Below, one piece after another: positions 1-13,419 of a stretch of DNA of 64,000 bases (positions are counted from its first letter, which is position 1; each line of letters opens with the position of its first letter). This stretch comes from Eledone cirrhosa (taxonomy: Eukaryota), in the NCBI GenBank assembly GCA_964016885.1, contig CAXHJY010001043.1, forward strand, positions 35,502-99,501, in the 5' to 3' direction. The notes under the pieces were generated by a model. That model was not told the DNA's origin. It saw nothing but the letters and a program-made list of their open reading frames with translations, and did no database searches. The position numbers were made by a program, and so were the translations under genes.

Positions 1-3000
1 TTGTCATGTGAGGTAAGTCAGGTCTATATTACATGCTAGCATGGGTTAGACAGGTTGTCATGTGAGGTAAGTCAGGTCTATATTCCATGCTAGCATGGGT
101 TAGACAAGTTGTCATGTGAGGTCAATCAGGTCTATATTACATGTTAGCATCGGTTAGACAGGTTGTCATGTGAGGTAAATCAGGTCTATATTACATGCTA
201 GCATGGATTAGACAGGTTGTCATGTGAGGCAAGTCAGGTCTATATGACATGCTAGCATGGGTTAGACAGGTTGTCATGTGAGTTAAATCAGGTCTATATT
301 ACATGCTAGCATGGGTTAGACAGGTTGTCATGTGAGGTAAGTCAGGTCTATATTCCATGCTAGCATGGGTTAGACAAGTTGTCATGTGAGGTAAGTCAGG
401 TCTATATTCCATGCTAGCATGGGTTAGACAAGTTGTCATGTGAGGCAAGTCAGGTCTATATTCCATGCTAGCATGGGTTAGACAAGTTGTCATGTGAGGC
501 AAGTCAGGTCTATATTACATGCTAGCATGGATTAGACAAGTTGTCATGTGAGGCAAGTCAGGTCTATATTACATGCTAGCATGGGTTAGACAGGTTGTCA
601 TGTGAGGTAAGTCAGGTCTATATTCCATGCTAGCATGGATTAGACAGGTTGTCATGTGAGGCAAGTCAGGTCTATATTACATGCTAGCATGGGTTAGACA
701 GGTTGTCATGTGAGGTAAGTCAGGTCTATATTCCATGCTAGCATGGGTTAGACAAGTTGTCATGTGAGGCAAGTCAGGTCAATATTACATGCTAGCATGG
801 GTTAGACAGGTTGTCATGTGAGGCAAGTCAGGTCTATATTACATGCTAGCATGGATTAGACAGGTTGTCATGTGAGGTAAGTCAGGTCTATATTACATGC
901 TAGCATGGGTTAGACAAGTTGTCATGTAAGGCAAGTCAGGTCTATATTACATGCTAGCATGGGTTAGACAAGTTGTCATGTGAGGTAAGTCAGGTCTATA
1001 TTCCGTGCTAGCATGGATTAGACAGGTTGTCATGTGAGGCAAGTCAGGTCTATATTACATGCTAGCATGGGTTAGACAAGTTGTCATGTGAGGCAAGTCA
1101 GGTCTATATTACATGCTAGCATGGGTTAGACAAGTTGTCATGTGAGGCAAGTCAGGTCTATATTACATGCTAGCATGGATTAGACAGGTTGTCATGTGAG
1201 GCAAGTCAGGTCTATATTCCATGCTAGCATGGGTTAGACAAGTTGTCATGTGAGGCAAGTCAGGTCTATATTACATGCTAGCATGGGTTAGACAGGTTGT
1301 CATGTGAGGTAAGTCAGGTCTATATTACATGCTGGCATGGGTTAGACAGGTTGTCATGTGAGGTAAGTCATGTCTATATTACATGCTAGCATGGGTTAGA
1401 CAAGTTGTCATGTGAGGCAAGTCAGGTCTATATTACATGCTAGCATGGGTTAGACAGGTTGTCATGTGAGGCAAGTCAGGTCTATATTACATGCTAGCAT
1501 GGATTAGACAGGTTGTCATGTGAGGTAAGTCAGGTCTATATTCCATGCTAGCATGGATTAGACAGGTTGTCATGTGAGGTAAGTCAGGTCTATATTACAT
1601 GCTAGCATGGATTAGACAGGTTGTCATGTGAGGTAAGTCAGGTCTATATTCCATGCTAGCATGGATTAGACAGGTTGTCATGTGAGGTAAGTCAGGTCTA
1701 TATTCCATGCTAGCATGGATTAGACAGGTTGTCATGTGAGGTAAGTCAGGTCTATATTCCATGCTAGCATGGATTAGACAGGTTGTCATGTGAGGTAAGT
1801 CAGGTCTATATTACATGCTAGCATGGATTAGACAGGTTGTCATGTGAGGTAAGTCAGGTCTATATTCCATGCTAGCATGGATTAGACAGGTTGTCATGTG
1901 AGGTAAGTCAGGTCTATATTCCATGCTAGCATGGATTAGACAGGTTGTCATGTGAGGTAAGTCAGGTCTATATTACATGCTAGCATGGGTTAGACAAGTT
2001 GTCATGTGAGGCAAGTCAGGTCTATATTACATGCTAGCATGGATTAGACAGGTTGTCATGTGAGGCAAGTCAGGTCTATATTCCATGCTAGCATGGGTTA
2101 GACAAGTTGTCATGTGAGGCAAGTCAGGTCTATATTCCACGCTAGCATGGATTAGACAGGTTGTCATGTGAGGCAAGTCAGGTCTATATTCCATGCTAGC
2201 ATGGGTTAGACAAGTTGTCATGTGAGGCAAGTCAGGTCTATATTACATGCTAGCATGGGTTAGACAGGTTGTCATGTGAGGTAAGTCAGGTCTATATTAC
2301 ATGCTGGCATGGGTTAGACAGGTTGTCATGTGAGGTAAGTCATGTCTATATTACATGCTAGCATGGGTTAGACGGGTTGTCATGTGAGGTAAATCAGGTC
2401 TATATTACATGCTAGCATGGGTTAGACAGGTTGTCATGTGAGGCAAGTCAGGTCTATATTACATGCTAGCATGGGTTAGAGAGGTTGTCATGTGAGGTAA
2501 GTCAGGTCTATATTACATGCTAGCATGGGTTAGACAGGTTGTCATGTGAGGCAAGTCAGGTCTATATTCCATGCTAGCATGGGTTAGACAGGTTGTCATG
2601 TGAGGCAAGTCAGGTCTATATTCCATGCTAGCATGGGTTAGACAGGTTGTCATGTGAGGCAAGTCAGGTCTATATTACATGCTAGCATGGGTTAGACAGG
2701 TTGTCATGTGAGGTAAGTCAGGTCTATATTCCATGCTAGCATGGATTAGACAGGTTGTCATGTGAGGCAAGTCAGGTCTATATTACATGCTAGCATGGGT
2801 TAGACAGGTTGTCATGTGATGTAAGTCAGGTCTATATTCCATGCTAGCATGGGTTAGACAAGTTGTCATGTGAGGCAAGTCAGGTCTATATTACATGCTA
2901 GCATGGGTTAGACAGGTTGTCATGTGAGGCAAGTCAGGTCTATATTACATGCTAGCATGGGTTAGACAAGTTGTCATGTGAGGCAAGTCAGGTCTATATT

Positions 3001-6000
3001 ACATGCTAGCATGGGTTAGACAAGTTGTCATGTGAAGCAAGTCAGGTCTATATTACATGCTAGCATGGATTAGACAAGTTGTCATGTGAGGCAAGTCAGG
3101 TCTATATTCCATGCTAGCATGGGTTAGACAAGTTGTCATGTGAGGCAAGTCAGGTCTATATTACATGCTAGCATGGGTTAGACAGGTTGTCATGTGAGGT
3201 AAGTCAGGTCTATATTACATGCTAGCATGGGTTAGAGAGGTTGTCATGTGAGGTAAGTCAGGTCTATATTACATGCTAGCATGGGTTAGACAGGTTGTCA
3301 TGTGAGGCAAGTCAGGTCTATATTCCATGCTAGCATGGGTTAGACAGGTTGTCATGTGAGGCAAGTCAGGTCTATATTCCATGCTAGCATGGGTTAGACA
3401 GGTTGTCATGTGAGGCAAGTCAGGTCTATATTACATGCTAGAATGGGTTAGACAGGTTGTCATGTGAGGTAAGTCAGGTCTATATTACGTGCTAGCATGG
3501 GTTAGACAGGTTTTCATGTGAGGTAAGTCAGGTCTATATTACGTGCTAGCATGGATTGGACAGGTTGTCATGTGAAGTAAGTCAGGTCTATATTACGTGC
3601 TAGCATGGGTCAGACAGGTTGTCATGTGAGGTAAATCAGGCCTATATTACATGCTAGCATGGATTAGACAGGTTGTCATGTGAGGCAAGTCAGGTCTATA
3701 TTACGTGCTAGCATGGGTTAGACAGGTTGTCATGTGGGGCAAGTCAGGTCTATATTCCATGCTAGCATGGATTAGACAGGTTGTCATGTGAGGCAAGTCA
3801 GGTCTATATTACATGCTAGCATGGGTTAGGCAGGTTGTCATGTGAGGCAAGTCAGGTCTATATTCCATGCTAGCATGGATTAGACAGGTTGTCATGTGAG
3901 GTAAGTTAGGTCTATATTACATGCTAGCATGGGTTAGACAGGTTGTCATGTGAGATAAGTCAGGTCTATATTACATGCTAGCATGGGTTAGACAAGTTGT
4001 CATGTGAGGTAAGTCAGGTCTATATTACATGCTAGCATGGGTTAGGCAGGTTGTCATGTGAGGCAAGTCAGGTCTATATTACGTGCTAGCATGGGTCAGA
4101 CAGGTTGTCATGTGAGGTAAATCAGGTCTATATTACATGCTAGCATGGATTAGACAGGTTGTCATGGGAGGCAAGTCAGGTCTATATTACGTGTTAGCAT
4201 GGGTTAGACAGGTTTTGATGTGAGGTAAGTCAGGTCTATATTACATGCTAGCATGGGTTAGACAGGTTGTCATGTGAGGTAAGTCAGGTCTATATTACAT
4301 GCTAGCATGGATTAGACAGGTTGTCATGTGAGGTAAATCAGGTCTATATTACGTGCTAGCATGGGTTAGACAGGTTGTCATGTGAGGCAAGTCAGGTCTA
4401 TATTACATGCCAGCATGGATTAGACAGGTTGTCATGTGAGGTAAGTCAGGTCTATATTATGTGCTAGCATGGGTCAGACAGGTTGTCATGTGAGGTAAAT
4501 CAGGTCTATATTACATGCTAGCATGGAATAGACAGGTTGTCATGGGAGGCAAGTGAGGTCTATATTACGTGCTAGCAAGGGTTAGACAGGTTGTCATGTG
4601 AGGCAAGTCAGGTCTATATTCCATGCTAGCATGGATTAGACAGGTTCTCATGTGAGGTAAGTCAGGTCTATATTCCATGCTAGCATGGGTTAGACAGGTT
4701 GTCATGTGAGGTAAGTCAGGTCTATATTACATGCTAGCATGGATTAGACAGGTTGTCATGTGAGGCAAGTCAGGTCTATATTACGTGGTAGCATGGGTTA
4801 GACAGGTTGTCATGTGAGGCAAGTCAGGTCTATATTCCATGCTAGCATGGATTAGACAGGTTGTCATGTGAGGTAAGTCAGGTTTATATTCCATGCTAGC
4901 ATGGGTTAGACAGGTTGTCATGTGAGGTAAGTCAGGTCTATATTACATGCTAGCATGGATTAGACAGGTTGTCATGTGAGGTAAGTCAGGTCTATATTAC
5001 ATGCTAGCATGGATTAGACAGGTTGTCATGTGAGGTAAGTCAGGTCTATATTACATGCTAGCATGGATTAGACAGGTTGTCATGTGAGGTAAGTCAGGTC
5101 TATATTACATGCTAGCATGGATTAGACAGGTTGTCATGTGAGGCAAGTCAGGTCTATATTACATGCTAGCATGGGTTAGACAGGTTGTCATGTGAGGCAA
5201 GTCAGGTCTATATTACATGCTAGCATGGATTAGACAGGTTGTCATGTGAGGCAAGTCAGGTCTATATTACATGCTAGCATGGGTTAGACAGGTTGTCATG
5301 TGAGGCAAGTCAGGTCTATATTCCATGCTAGCATGGGTTAGACAGGTTGTCATGTGAGGCAAGTCAGGTCTATATTCCATGCTAGCATGGATTAGACAGG
5401 TAGTCATGTGAGGTAAGTCAGGTTTATATTCCATGCTAGCATGGGTTAGACAGGTTTTCATGTGAGGTAAGTCAGGTCTATATTACATGCTAGCATGGAT
5501 TAGACAGGTTGTCATGTGAGGCAAGTCAGGTCTATATTACATGCTAGCATGGATTAGACAGGTTGTCATGTGAGGCAAGTCAGGTCTATATTACATGCTA
5601 GCATGGGTTAGACAGGTTGTCATGTGAAGCAAGTCAGGTCTATATTACATGCTAGCATGGATTAGACAGGTTGTCATGTGAGGCAAGTCAGGTCTATATT
5701 CCATGCTAGCATGGGTTAGACAGGTTGTCATGTGAGGCAAGTCAGGTCTATATTCCATGCTAGCATGGGTTAGACAGGTTGTCATGTGAGGCAAGTCAGG
5801 TCTATATTACATGCTAGCATGGGTTAGACAGGTTGTCATGTGAGGTAAGTCAGGTCTATATTACATGCTAGCATCGATTAGACAGGTTGTCATTTGAGGT
5901 AAATCAGGTCTATATTACGTGCTAGCACGGGTTAGACAGGTTGTCATGTGAGGCAAGTCAGGTCTATATTACATGCCAGCATGGATTAGACAGGTTGTCA

Positions 6001-9000
6001 TGTGAGGTAAGTCAGGTCTATATTACGTGCTAGCATGAGTCAGACAGGTTGTCATGTGAGGTAAATCAGGTCTATATTACATGCTAGCATGGATTAGACA
6101 GGTTGTCATGTGAGGCAAGTCAGGTCTATATTCCATGCTAGCATGGATTAGACAGGTTGTCATGTGAGGCAAGTCAGGTCTATATTACATGCTAGCATGG
6201 GTTAGGCAGGTTGTCATGTGAGGCAAGTCAGGTCTATATTCCATGCTAGCATGGGTTAGACAGGTTGTCATGTGAGGTAAGTCAGGTCTATATTACATGC
6301 TAGCATGGGTTAGACAGGTTGTCATGTGAGGTAAGTCAGGTCTATATTACATGCTAGCATGGATTAGACAGGTTGTCATGTGAGGCAAGTCAGGTCTATA
6401 TTACATGCTAGCATGGATTAGACAGGTTGTCATGTGAGGCAAGTCAGGTCTATATTACATGCTAGCATGGGTTAGACAGGTTGTCATGTGAGGCAAGTCA
6501 GGTCTATATTACATGCTAGCATGGATTAGACAGGTTGTCATGTGAGGCAAGTCAGGTTTATATTACATGCTAACATGGATTAGACAGGTTGTCATGTGAG
6601 ATAAGTCAGGTATATATTACATGCTAGCATGGGTTAGACAAGTTGTCATGTGAGGCAAGTCAGGTCTATATTACATGCTAGCATGGATTAGACAGGTTGT
6701 CATGTGAGGCAAGTCAGGTCTATATTCCATGCTAGCATGGATTAGACAGGTTGTCATGTGAGATAAGTCAGGTCTATATTACATGCTAGCATGGGTTAGA
6801 CAGGTTTTCATGTGAGATAAGTCAGGTCTATATTACATGCTAGCATGGGTTAGACAAGTTGTCATGTGAGGCAAGTCAGGTCTACATGCTAGCATGGATT
6901 AGACAGGTTGTCATGTGAGGCAAGTCAGGTCTATATTACATGCTAGCATGGATTAGACAAGTTGTCATGTGAGGTAAGTCAGGTCTATATTCCATGCTAG
7001 CATGGATTAGAGAGGTTGTCATGTGAGGTAAGTCAGGTATATATTACATGCTAGCATGGATTAGACAGGTTGTCATGTGAGGTAAGTCAGGTCTATATTA
7101 CATGCTAGCATGGGTTAGACAGGTTGTCATGTGACGTAAGTCAGGTCTATATTACATGCTAGCATGGGTTAGACAGGTTGTCATGTGAGGCAAGTCAGGT
7201 CTATATTCCATGCTAGCATGGGTTAGACAGGTTGTCATGTGAGGCAAGTCAGGTCTATATTCCATGCTAGCATGGGTTAGACAGGTTGTCATGTGAGGCA
7301 AGTCAGGTCTATATTACATGCTAGCATGGGTTAGACAGGTTGTCATGTGAGGTAAGTCAGGTCTATATTACGTGCAAGCATGGGTCAGACAGGTTGTCAT
7401 GTGAGGTAAATCAGGTCTATATTACATGCTAGCATGGATTAGACAGGTTGTCATGTGAGGCAAGTCAGGTCTATATTACGTGCTAGCATGGGTTAGACAG
7501 GTTGTCATGTGAGGCAAGTGAGGTCTATATTCCATGCTAGCATGGATTAGACAGGTTGTCATGTGAGGTAAGGCAGGTCTATATTCCATGCTAGCATGGG
7601 TTAGACAGGTTGTCATGTGAGGTAAGTCAGGTCTATATTACATGCTAGCATGGATTAGACAGGTTGTCATGTGAGGCAAGTCAGGTCTATATTATGTGCT
7701 AGCATGGATTAGACAGGTTGTCATGTGAGGCAAGTCAGGTCTATAATACGTGCTAGCATGGATTAGACAGGTTGTCATGTGAGGCAAGTCAGGTCTATAT
7801 TACATGCTAGCATGGGTTAGACAGGTTTTCATGTGAGGTAAGTCAGGTCTATATTACGTGCTAGCATGGATTAGACAGGTTGTCATGTGAGGTAAGTCTG
7901 GTCTATATTACGTGCTAGCATGGGTCAGACATGTTGTCATGTGAGGTAAATCAGGTCTATATTACATGCTAGCATGGATTAGACAGGTTGTCATGTGAGG
8001 CAAGTCAGGTCTATATTACGTGCTAGCATGGGTTAGACAGGTTGTCATGTGAGGCAAGTCAGATCTATATTCCATGCTAGCATGGATTAGACAGGTTGTC
8101 ATGTGAGGCAAGTCAGGTCTATATTACATGCTAGCATGGGTTAGACAGGTTGTCATGTGAGGCAAGTCAGGTCTATATTCCATGCTAGCATGGATTAGGC
8201 AGGTTGTCATGTGAGGTAAGTCAGGTCTATATTCAAAGCTAGCATGGGTTAGACAGGTTGTCATGTGAGGTAAGTCAGGTCGATATTACATGCTAGCATG
8301 GATTAGACAGGTTGTCATGTGAGGCAAGTCAGGTCTATATTACATGCTAGCATGGATTAGACAGGTTGTCATGTGAGGCAAGTCAGGTCTATATTACATG
8401 CTAGCATGGGTTAGACAGGTTGTCATGTGAAGCAAGTCAGGTCTATATTACATGCTAGCATGGATTAGACAGGTTGTCATGTGAGGCAAGTCAGGTCTAT
8501 ATTCCATGCTAGCATGGGTTAGAGAAGTTGTCATGTGAGGCAAGTCAGGTCTACATTACATGCTAGCATGGATTAGACAGGTTGTCATGTGAGATAAGTC
8601 AAGTCTATATTACATGCTAGAATGGGTTAGACAAGTTGTCATGTGAGGAAAGTCAGGTCTATATTACATGCTAGCATGGATTAGACAGGTTGTCATGTGA
8701 GGTAAATCAGGTCTATATTACATGCTAGCATGGATTAGACAGGTTGTCATGTGAGGTAAGTCAGGTCTATATTACATGCTAGCATGAATTAGACAGGTTG
8801 TCATGTGAGGCAAGTCAGGTCTATATTACATGCTAGCATGGGTTAGACAAGTTGTCATGTGAGGCAAGTCAGGTCTATATTACATGCTAGCATGAATTAG
8901 ACAGGTTGTCATGTGAGGCAAGTCAGGTCTATATTACATGCTAGCATGGATTAGACAGGTTGTCATGTGAGATAAGTCAGGTCTATATTACATGCTAGCA

Positions 9001-11899
9001 TGGATTAGACAAGTTGTCATGTGAGGCAAGTCAGGTCTATATTACATGCTAGCATGGGTTAGACAAGTTGTCATGTGAGGCAAGTCAGGTCTATATTACA
9101 TGCTAGCATGGATTAGACAGGTTGTCACGTGAGGCAAGTCAGGTCTATATTACATGCTAGCATGGATTAGACAAGTTGTCATGTGAGGTAAGTCAGGTCT
9201 ATATTCCATGCTAGCATGGGTTAGACAGGTTGTCATGTGAGGTAAGTCAGGTCTATATTCCATGCTAGCATGGGTTAGACAGGTTGTCATGTGAGGTAAG
9301 TCAGGTCTATATTACATGCTAGCATGGGTTAGACAGGTTGTCATGTGAGGTAAGTCAGGTCTATATTACATGCTAGCATGGATTAGACAGGTCGTCATGT
9401 GAGGCAAGTCAGGTCTATATTACATGCTAGCATGGATTAGACAGGTTGTCATGTGAGGTAAGTCAGGTCTATATTACATGCTAGCATGGATTAGACAGGT
9501 TGTCATGTGAGGCAAGTCAGGTCTATATTACGTGCTAGCATGGGTTAGACAGGTTGTCATGTGAGGTAAATCAGGTCTATATTACATGCTAGCATGGGTT
9601 AGACAGGTTATCATGTGAGGTAAATCAGGTCTATATTACATGCTAGCATGGGTTAGACAGGTTGTCATGTGAGGCAAGTCAGGTCTATATTACATGCTAG
9701 CATGGATTAGACAGGTTGTCATGTGAGGCAAGTCAGGTCTATATTACATGCTAGCATGGATTAGACAGGTTGTCATGTGAGGCAAGTCAGGTCTATATTA
9801 CATGCTAGCATGGGTTAGACAGGTTGTCATGTGAGGCAAGTCAGGTCTATATTACATGCTAGCATGGATTAGACAGGTTGTCATGTGAGGCAAGTCAGGT
9901 CTATATTACATGCTAGCATGGATTAGACAGGTTGTCATGTGAGGCAAGTCAGGTCTATATTACATGCTAGCATGGGTTAGAAAGGTTGTCATGTGAGGCA
10001 AGTCAGGTCTATATTACATGCTAGCATGGATTAGACAGGTTGTCATGTGAGGTAAGTCAGGTCTATATTACATGCTAGCATGGATTAGACAGGTTGTCAT
10101 GTGAGGTAAGTCAGGTCTATATTACATGCTAGCATGGGTTAGACAGGTTGTCATGTGAGGCAAGTCAGGTCTATATTACATGCTAGCATGGGTTAGACAA
10201 GTTGTCATGTGAGGTAAGTCAGGTCTATATTACATGCTAGCATGGGTTAGACAGGTTGTCATGTGAGATAAGTCAGGTCTATATTACATGCTAGCATGGA
10301 TTAGACAGGTTGTCATGTGAGGTAAATCAGGTCTATATTACATGCTAGCATGGATTAGACAGGTTGTCATGTGAGGTAAGTCAGGTCTATATTACATGCT
10401 AGCATGGATTAGACAGGTTGTCATGTGAGGTAAGTCAGGTCTATATTCCATGCTAGCATGGATTAGACAGGTTGTCATGTGAGGTAAGTCAGGTCTATAT
10501 TACATGCTAGCATGGATTAGACAGGTTGTCATGTGAGGTAAGTCAGGTCTATATTACATGCTAGCATGGATTAGACAGGTTGTCATGTGAGGTAAGTCAG
10601 GTCTATATTCCATGCTAGCATGGATTAGACAGGTTGTCATGTGAGGTAAGTCAGGTCTATATTCCATGCTAGCATGGATTAGACAGGTTGTCATGTGAGG
10701 TAAGTCAGGTCTATATTACATGCTAGCATGGATTAGACAGGTTGTCATGTGAGGTAAGTCAGGTCTATATTACATGCTAGCATGGATTAGACAGGTTGTC
10801 ATGTGAGGTAAGTCAGGTCTATATTACATGCTAGCATGGATTAGACAGGTTGTCATGTGAGGTAAGTCAGGTCTATATTACATGCTAGCATGGATTAGAC
10901 AGGTTGTCATGTGAGGTAAATCAGGTCTATATTACATGCTAGCATGGATTAGACAGGTTGTCATGTGAGGTAAGTCAGGTCTATATTACATGCTAGCATG
11001 GATTAGACAGATTGTCATGTGAGGTAAATCAGGTCTATATTACATGCTAGCATGGATTAGACAGGTTGTCATGTGAGGTAAGTCAGGTCTATATTACATG
11101 CTAGCATGGATTAGACAGGTTGTCATGTGAGGTAAGTCAGGTCTATATTCCATGCTAGCATGGATTAGACAGGTTGTCATGTGAGGTAAGTCAGGTCTAT
11201 ATTACATGCTAGCATGGATTAGACAAGTTGTCATGTGAGGTAAGTCAGGTCTATATTCCATGCTAGCATGGATTAGACAGGTTGTCATGTGAGGTAAGTC
11301 AGGTCTATATTCCATGCTAGCATGGATTAGACAGGTTGTCATGTGAGGTAAGTCAGGTCTATATTACATGCTAGCATGGATTAGACAGGTTGTCATGTGA
11401 GGTAAGTCAGGTCTATATTACATGCTAGCATGGATTAGACAGGTTGTCATGTGAGGTAAGTCAGGTCTATATTCCATGCTTGCATGGATTAGACAGGTTG
11501 TCATGTGAGGTAAGTCAGGTCTATATTACATGCTAGCACGGATTAGACAGGTTCTCATGTGAGGCAAGTCAGGTCTATATTATGTGCTAGCATGGATTAG
11601 ACAGGTTGTCATGTGAGGCAAGTCAGGTCTATATTACATGCTAGCATGGATTAGACAGGTTCTCATGTGAGGCAAGTCAGGTCTATATTACATGCTAGCA
11701 TGGATTAGACAGGTTGTCATGTGAGGTAAGTCAGGTCTATATTACATGCTTGCATGGATTAGACAGGTTGTCATGTGAGGTAAGTCAGGTCTATATTACA
11801 TGCTAGCATGGATTAGACAGGTTCTCATGTGAGGCAAGTCAGGTCTATATTACATGCTAGCATGGATTAGACAGGTTGTCATGTGAGGCAAGTCAGGTC
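1..11899. repeat. 54-bp tandem satellite, ~220 copies, running off the left edge
   Basis: Monomer TTGTCATGTGAGG(T/C)AAGTCAGGTCTATATT(A/C)CATGCTAGCATGG(G/A)TTAGACA(G/A)G repeats with period 54. One 5-nt deletion near 6884 shifts the phase. Contains the palindrome CATGCTAGCATG. Confidence 0.98.
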
Positions 11900-12050
11900 A
11901 GGTGACCACGTCTTGCTCATACATATCTGAATATTGGCTTGATTCCTACAGCTGGATGCTCTTCCTAATGCCAACCACATTAGTGTAGACTGGGTGCTTT
12001 TTTATCGTGGCACCAAAACAACCATCTAACAGGGTGGAATGGGTGCTTAT
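11900..12050 (-). mobile_element. Remainder of an RTE-tail SINE, contiguous with the satellite
   Basis: GGTGACCACGTCTTGCTCAT...CTACAGCTGGATGCTCTTCCTAATGCCAACC matches the reverse complement of the SINE tail at 19270-19420 and 21390-21540. Confidence 0.85.
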
Positions 12051-12670
12051 ATTATCACTGGAGTAGCTTATGAGGCTGTATACCCATATTTTATTAAATG
12101 TATCATTTCAAGTTTTTCTTCCAATGTTTTTCCACAACTAAACACTAAAATGTTGCAGTTCCAAAATATTTATAATTATTTGTAAAATTTTGTTGAGCTA
12201 GCTGCTTTGGGAATTACACTCGAGTAAGATGTACTCTGTCAAGTTCCTGTGTGTATTATTGTCTGTGAAGACTCAAAGGTTTGTTTTCAATAATGATAAT
12301 TTTACAAAGTCATTCAGAAGCCTTGATAGATGCATTTTAGCCTAGAACAACAACAAACATTTTAGATCAATTTTCCTGCTACATTAAGGGTTAGACTAGT
12401 CGGACTCACAACATGTTTCATTGTGATCATGGGGTCCATTTTGGGATGAATGTTTAATAGCTGGATTTCCTTCCTAACCCAACTCAGGGATATTCTGAAC
12501 TAGATACATGTAACAAAGATGTATCTTACTCTAGGTGGATACAAAATTGTGTTTGTACAGTTCGGCTGATTTTTAATCTAAAACCTTGAGATCAACTGCC
12601 TTGTTCTTTGGCTATATCTCCCCAAATTCAGTATCTTATAATTAAGATAGAAATGAATATTATCACAAAC

Positions 12671-12820
12671 CTTTGATGTTAAATCCCGATGGAAAACTCC
12701 TCTTGTGTGAAAATAACGCATTCCATTAGAAATGTCGAGCGCTAGATTTATACGGGTTTTCCATGGCAGTTCTATTTCTTTGTCAGCCAACACTTGGTAT
12801 AGAGCTCCTCCATTTATGTA
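12671..12820 (-). CDS. TESK: TESK/cdi-family kinase, internal exon (subdomains V-VIb)
   Basis: 150 bp between a ttgcag acceptor and an AAG|gtttgt donor. Encodes YINGGALYQVLADKEIELPWKTRINLALDISNGMRYFHTRGVFHRDLTSK. HRDLTSK is the TESK-type catalytic loop (LIMK has HRDLNSH). Confidence 0.95.
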
Positions 12821-12887
12821 CTGCAAATAAAAAATAATAACATATACTGTATATATCATCATCATCTTTTAATGATATATATATATA

Positions 12888-13419
12888 TTGTCAACTCTTA
12901 TTAAATGGTCAGTCGACTTCTACGAAAATGTAATGTATAATATAACATTTTCTTCTTGTCTCCTAAACCCTCGGTTCATTCATCCATATATCTACAACCG
13001 TTGCTATCCTATAATTCTGTCTCACTGTTCTAAATAATCTTCTCTTTGCTAAACTCTGTCTCACTCCACGCTTGTTCTAAATAATCTTCACTTTGCTACC
13101 ATTTTGGCCGAAAATTTTTTCCAGGATTCATAAAAATAGATTCTCTCGCTCCTCAAAATCGCTATTACCCCCCACTCTCTCTAACATATACGTCCCTCTC
13201 TCTCTCTCACTCCCTAATATAAATAAGAATGTTACGAAGGACAAAACTCAGAATTTGTCAACTCTTATTAAATGGTCAGTCGACTTCTACGAAAATGTAA
13301 TGTATAATATAACATTTTCTTCTTGTCTCCTAAACCCTCGGTTCATTCATCCATATATCTACAATCGTTGCTATCCTATAATTCTGTCTCACTGTTCTAA
13401 ATAATCTCCTCTTTGCTAA
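12888..13419 (+). repeat. 165-bp direct repeat (12888-13052 and 13255-13419) in the putative RTE 5' UTR
   Basis: Near-identical TTGTCAACTCTTATTAAATGG...CTTTGCTAA blocks 367 bp apart, starting right after a (TA)n run. Confidence 0.9.

Noticed and set aside
299-5461. Minus-strand ORFs repeating HMTTCLTHASMEYRPDLP
   Set aside because: Translation of the 54-bp satellite; they stay open only where one variant removes a stop.
1-11899. GAG|GTAAGT splice donors and p53-like CWWG cores in the satellite
   Set aside because: The donors are antisense to TESK, and the CWWG cores are not at the canonical p53 spacing.
12578-12865. 95-aa ORF as a stand-alone gene
   Set aside because: Only the splice-bounded 50 codons are kinase-like.
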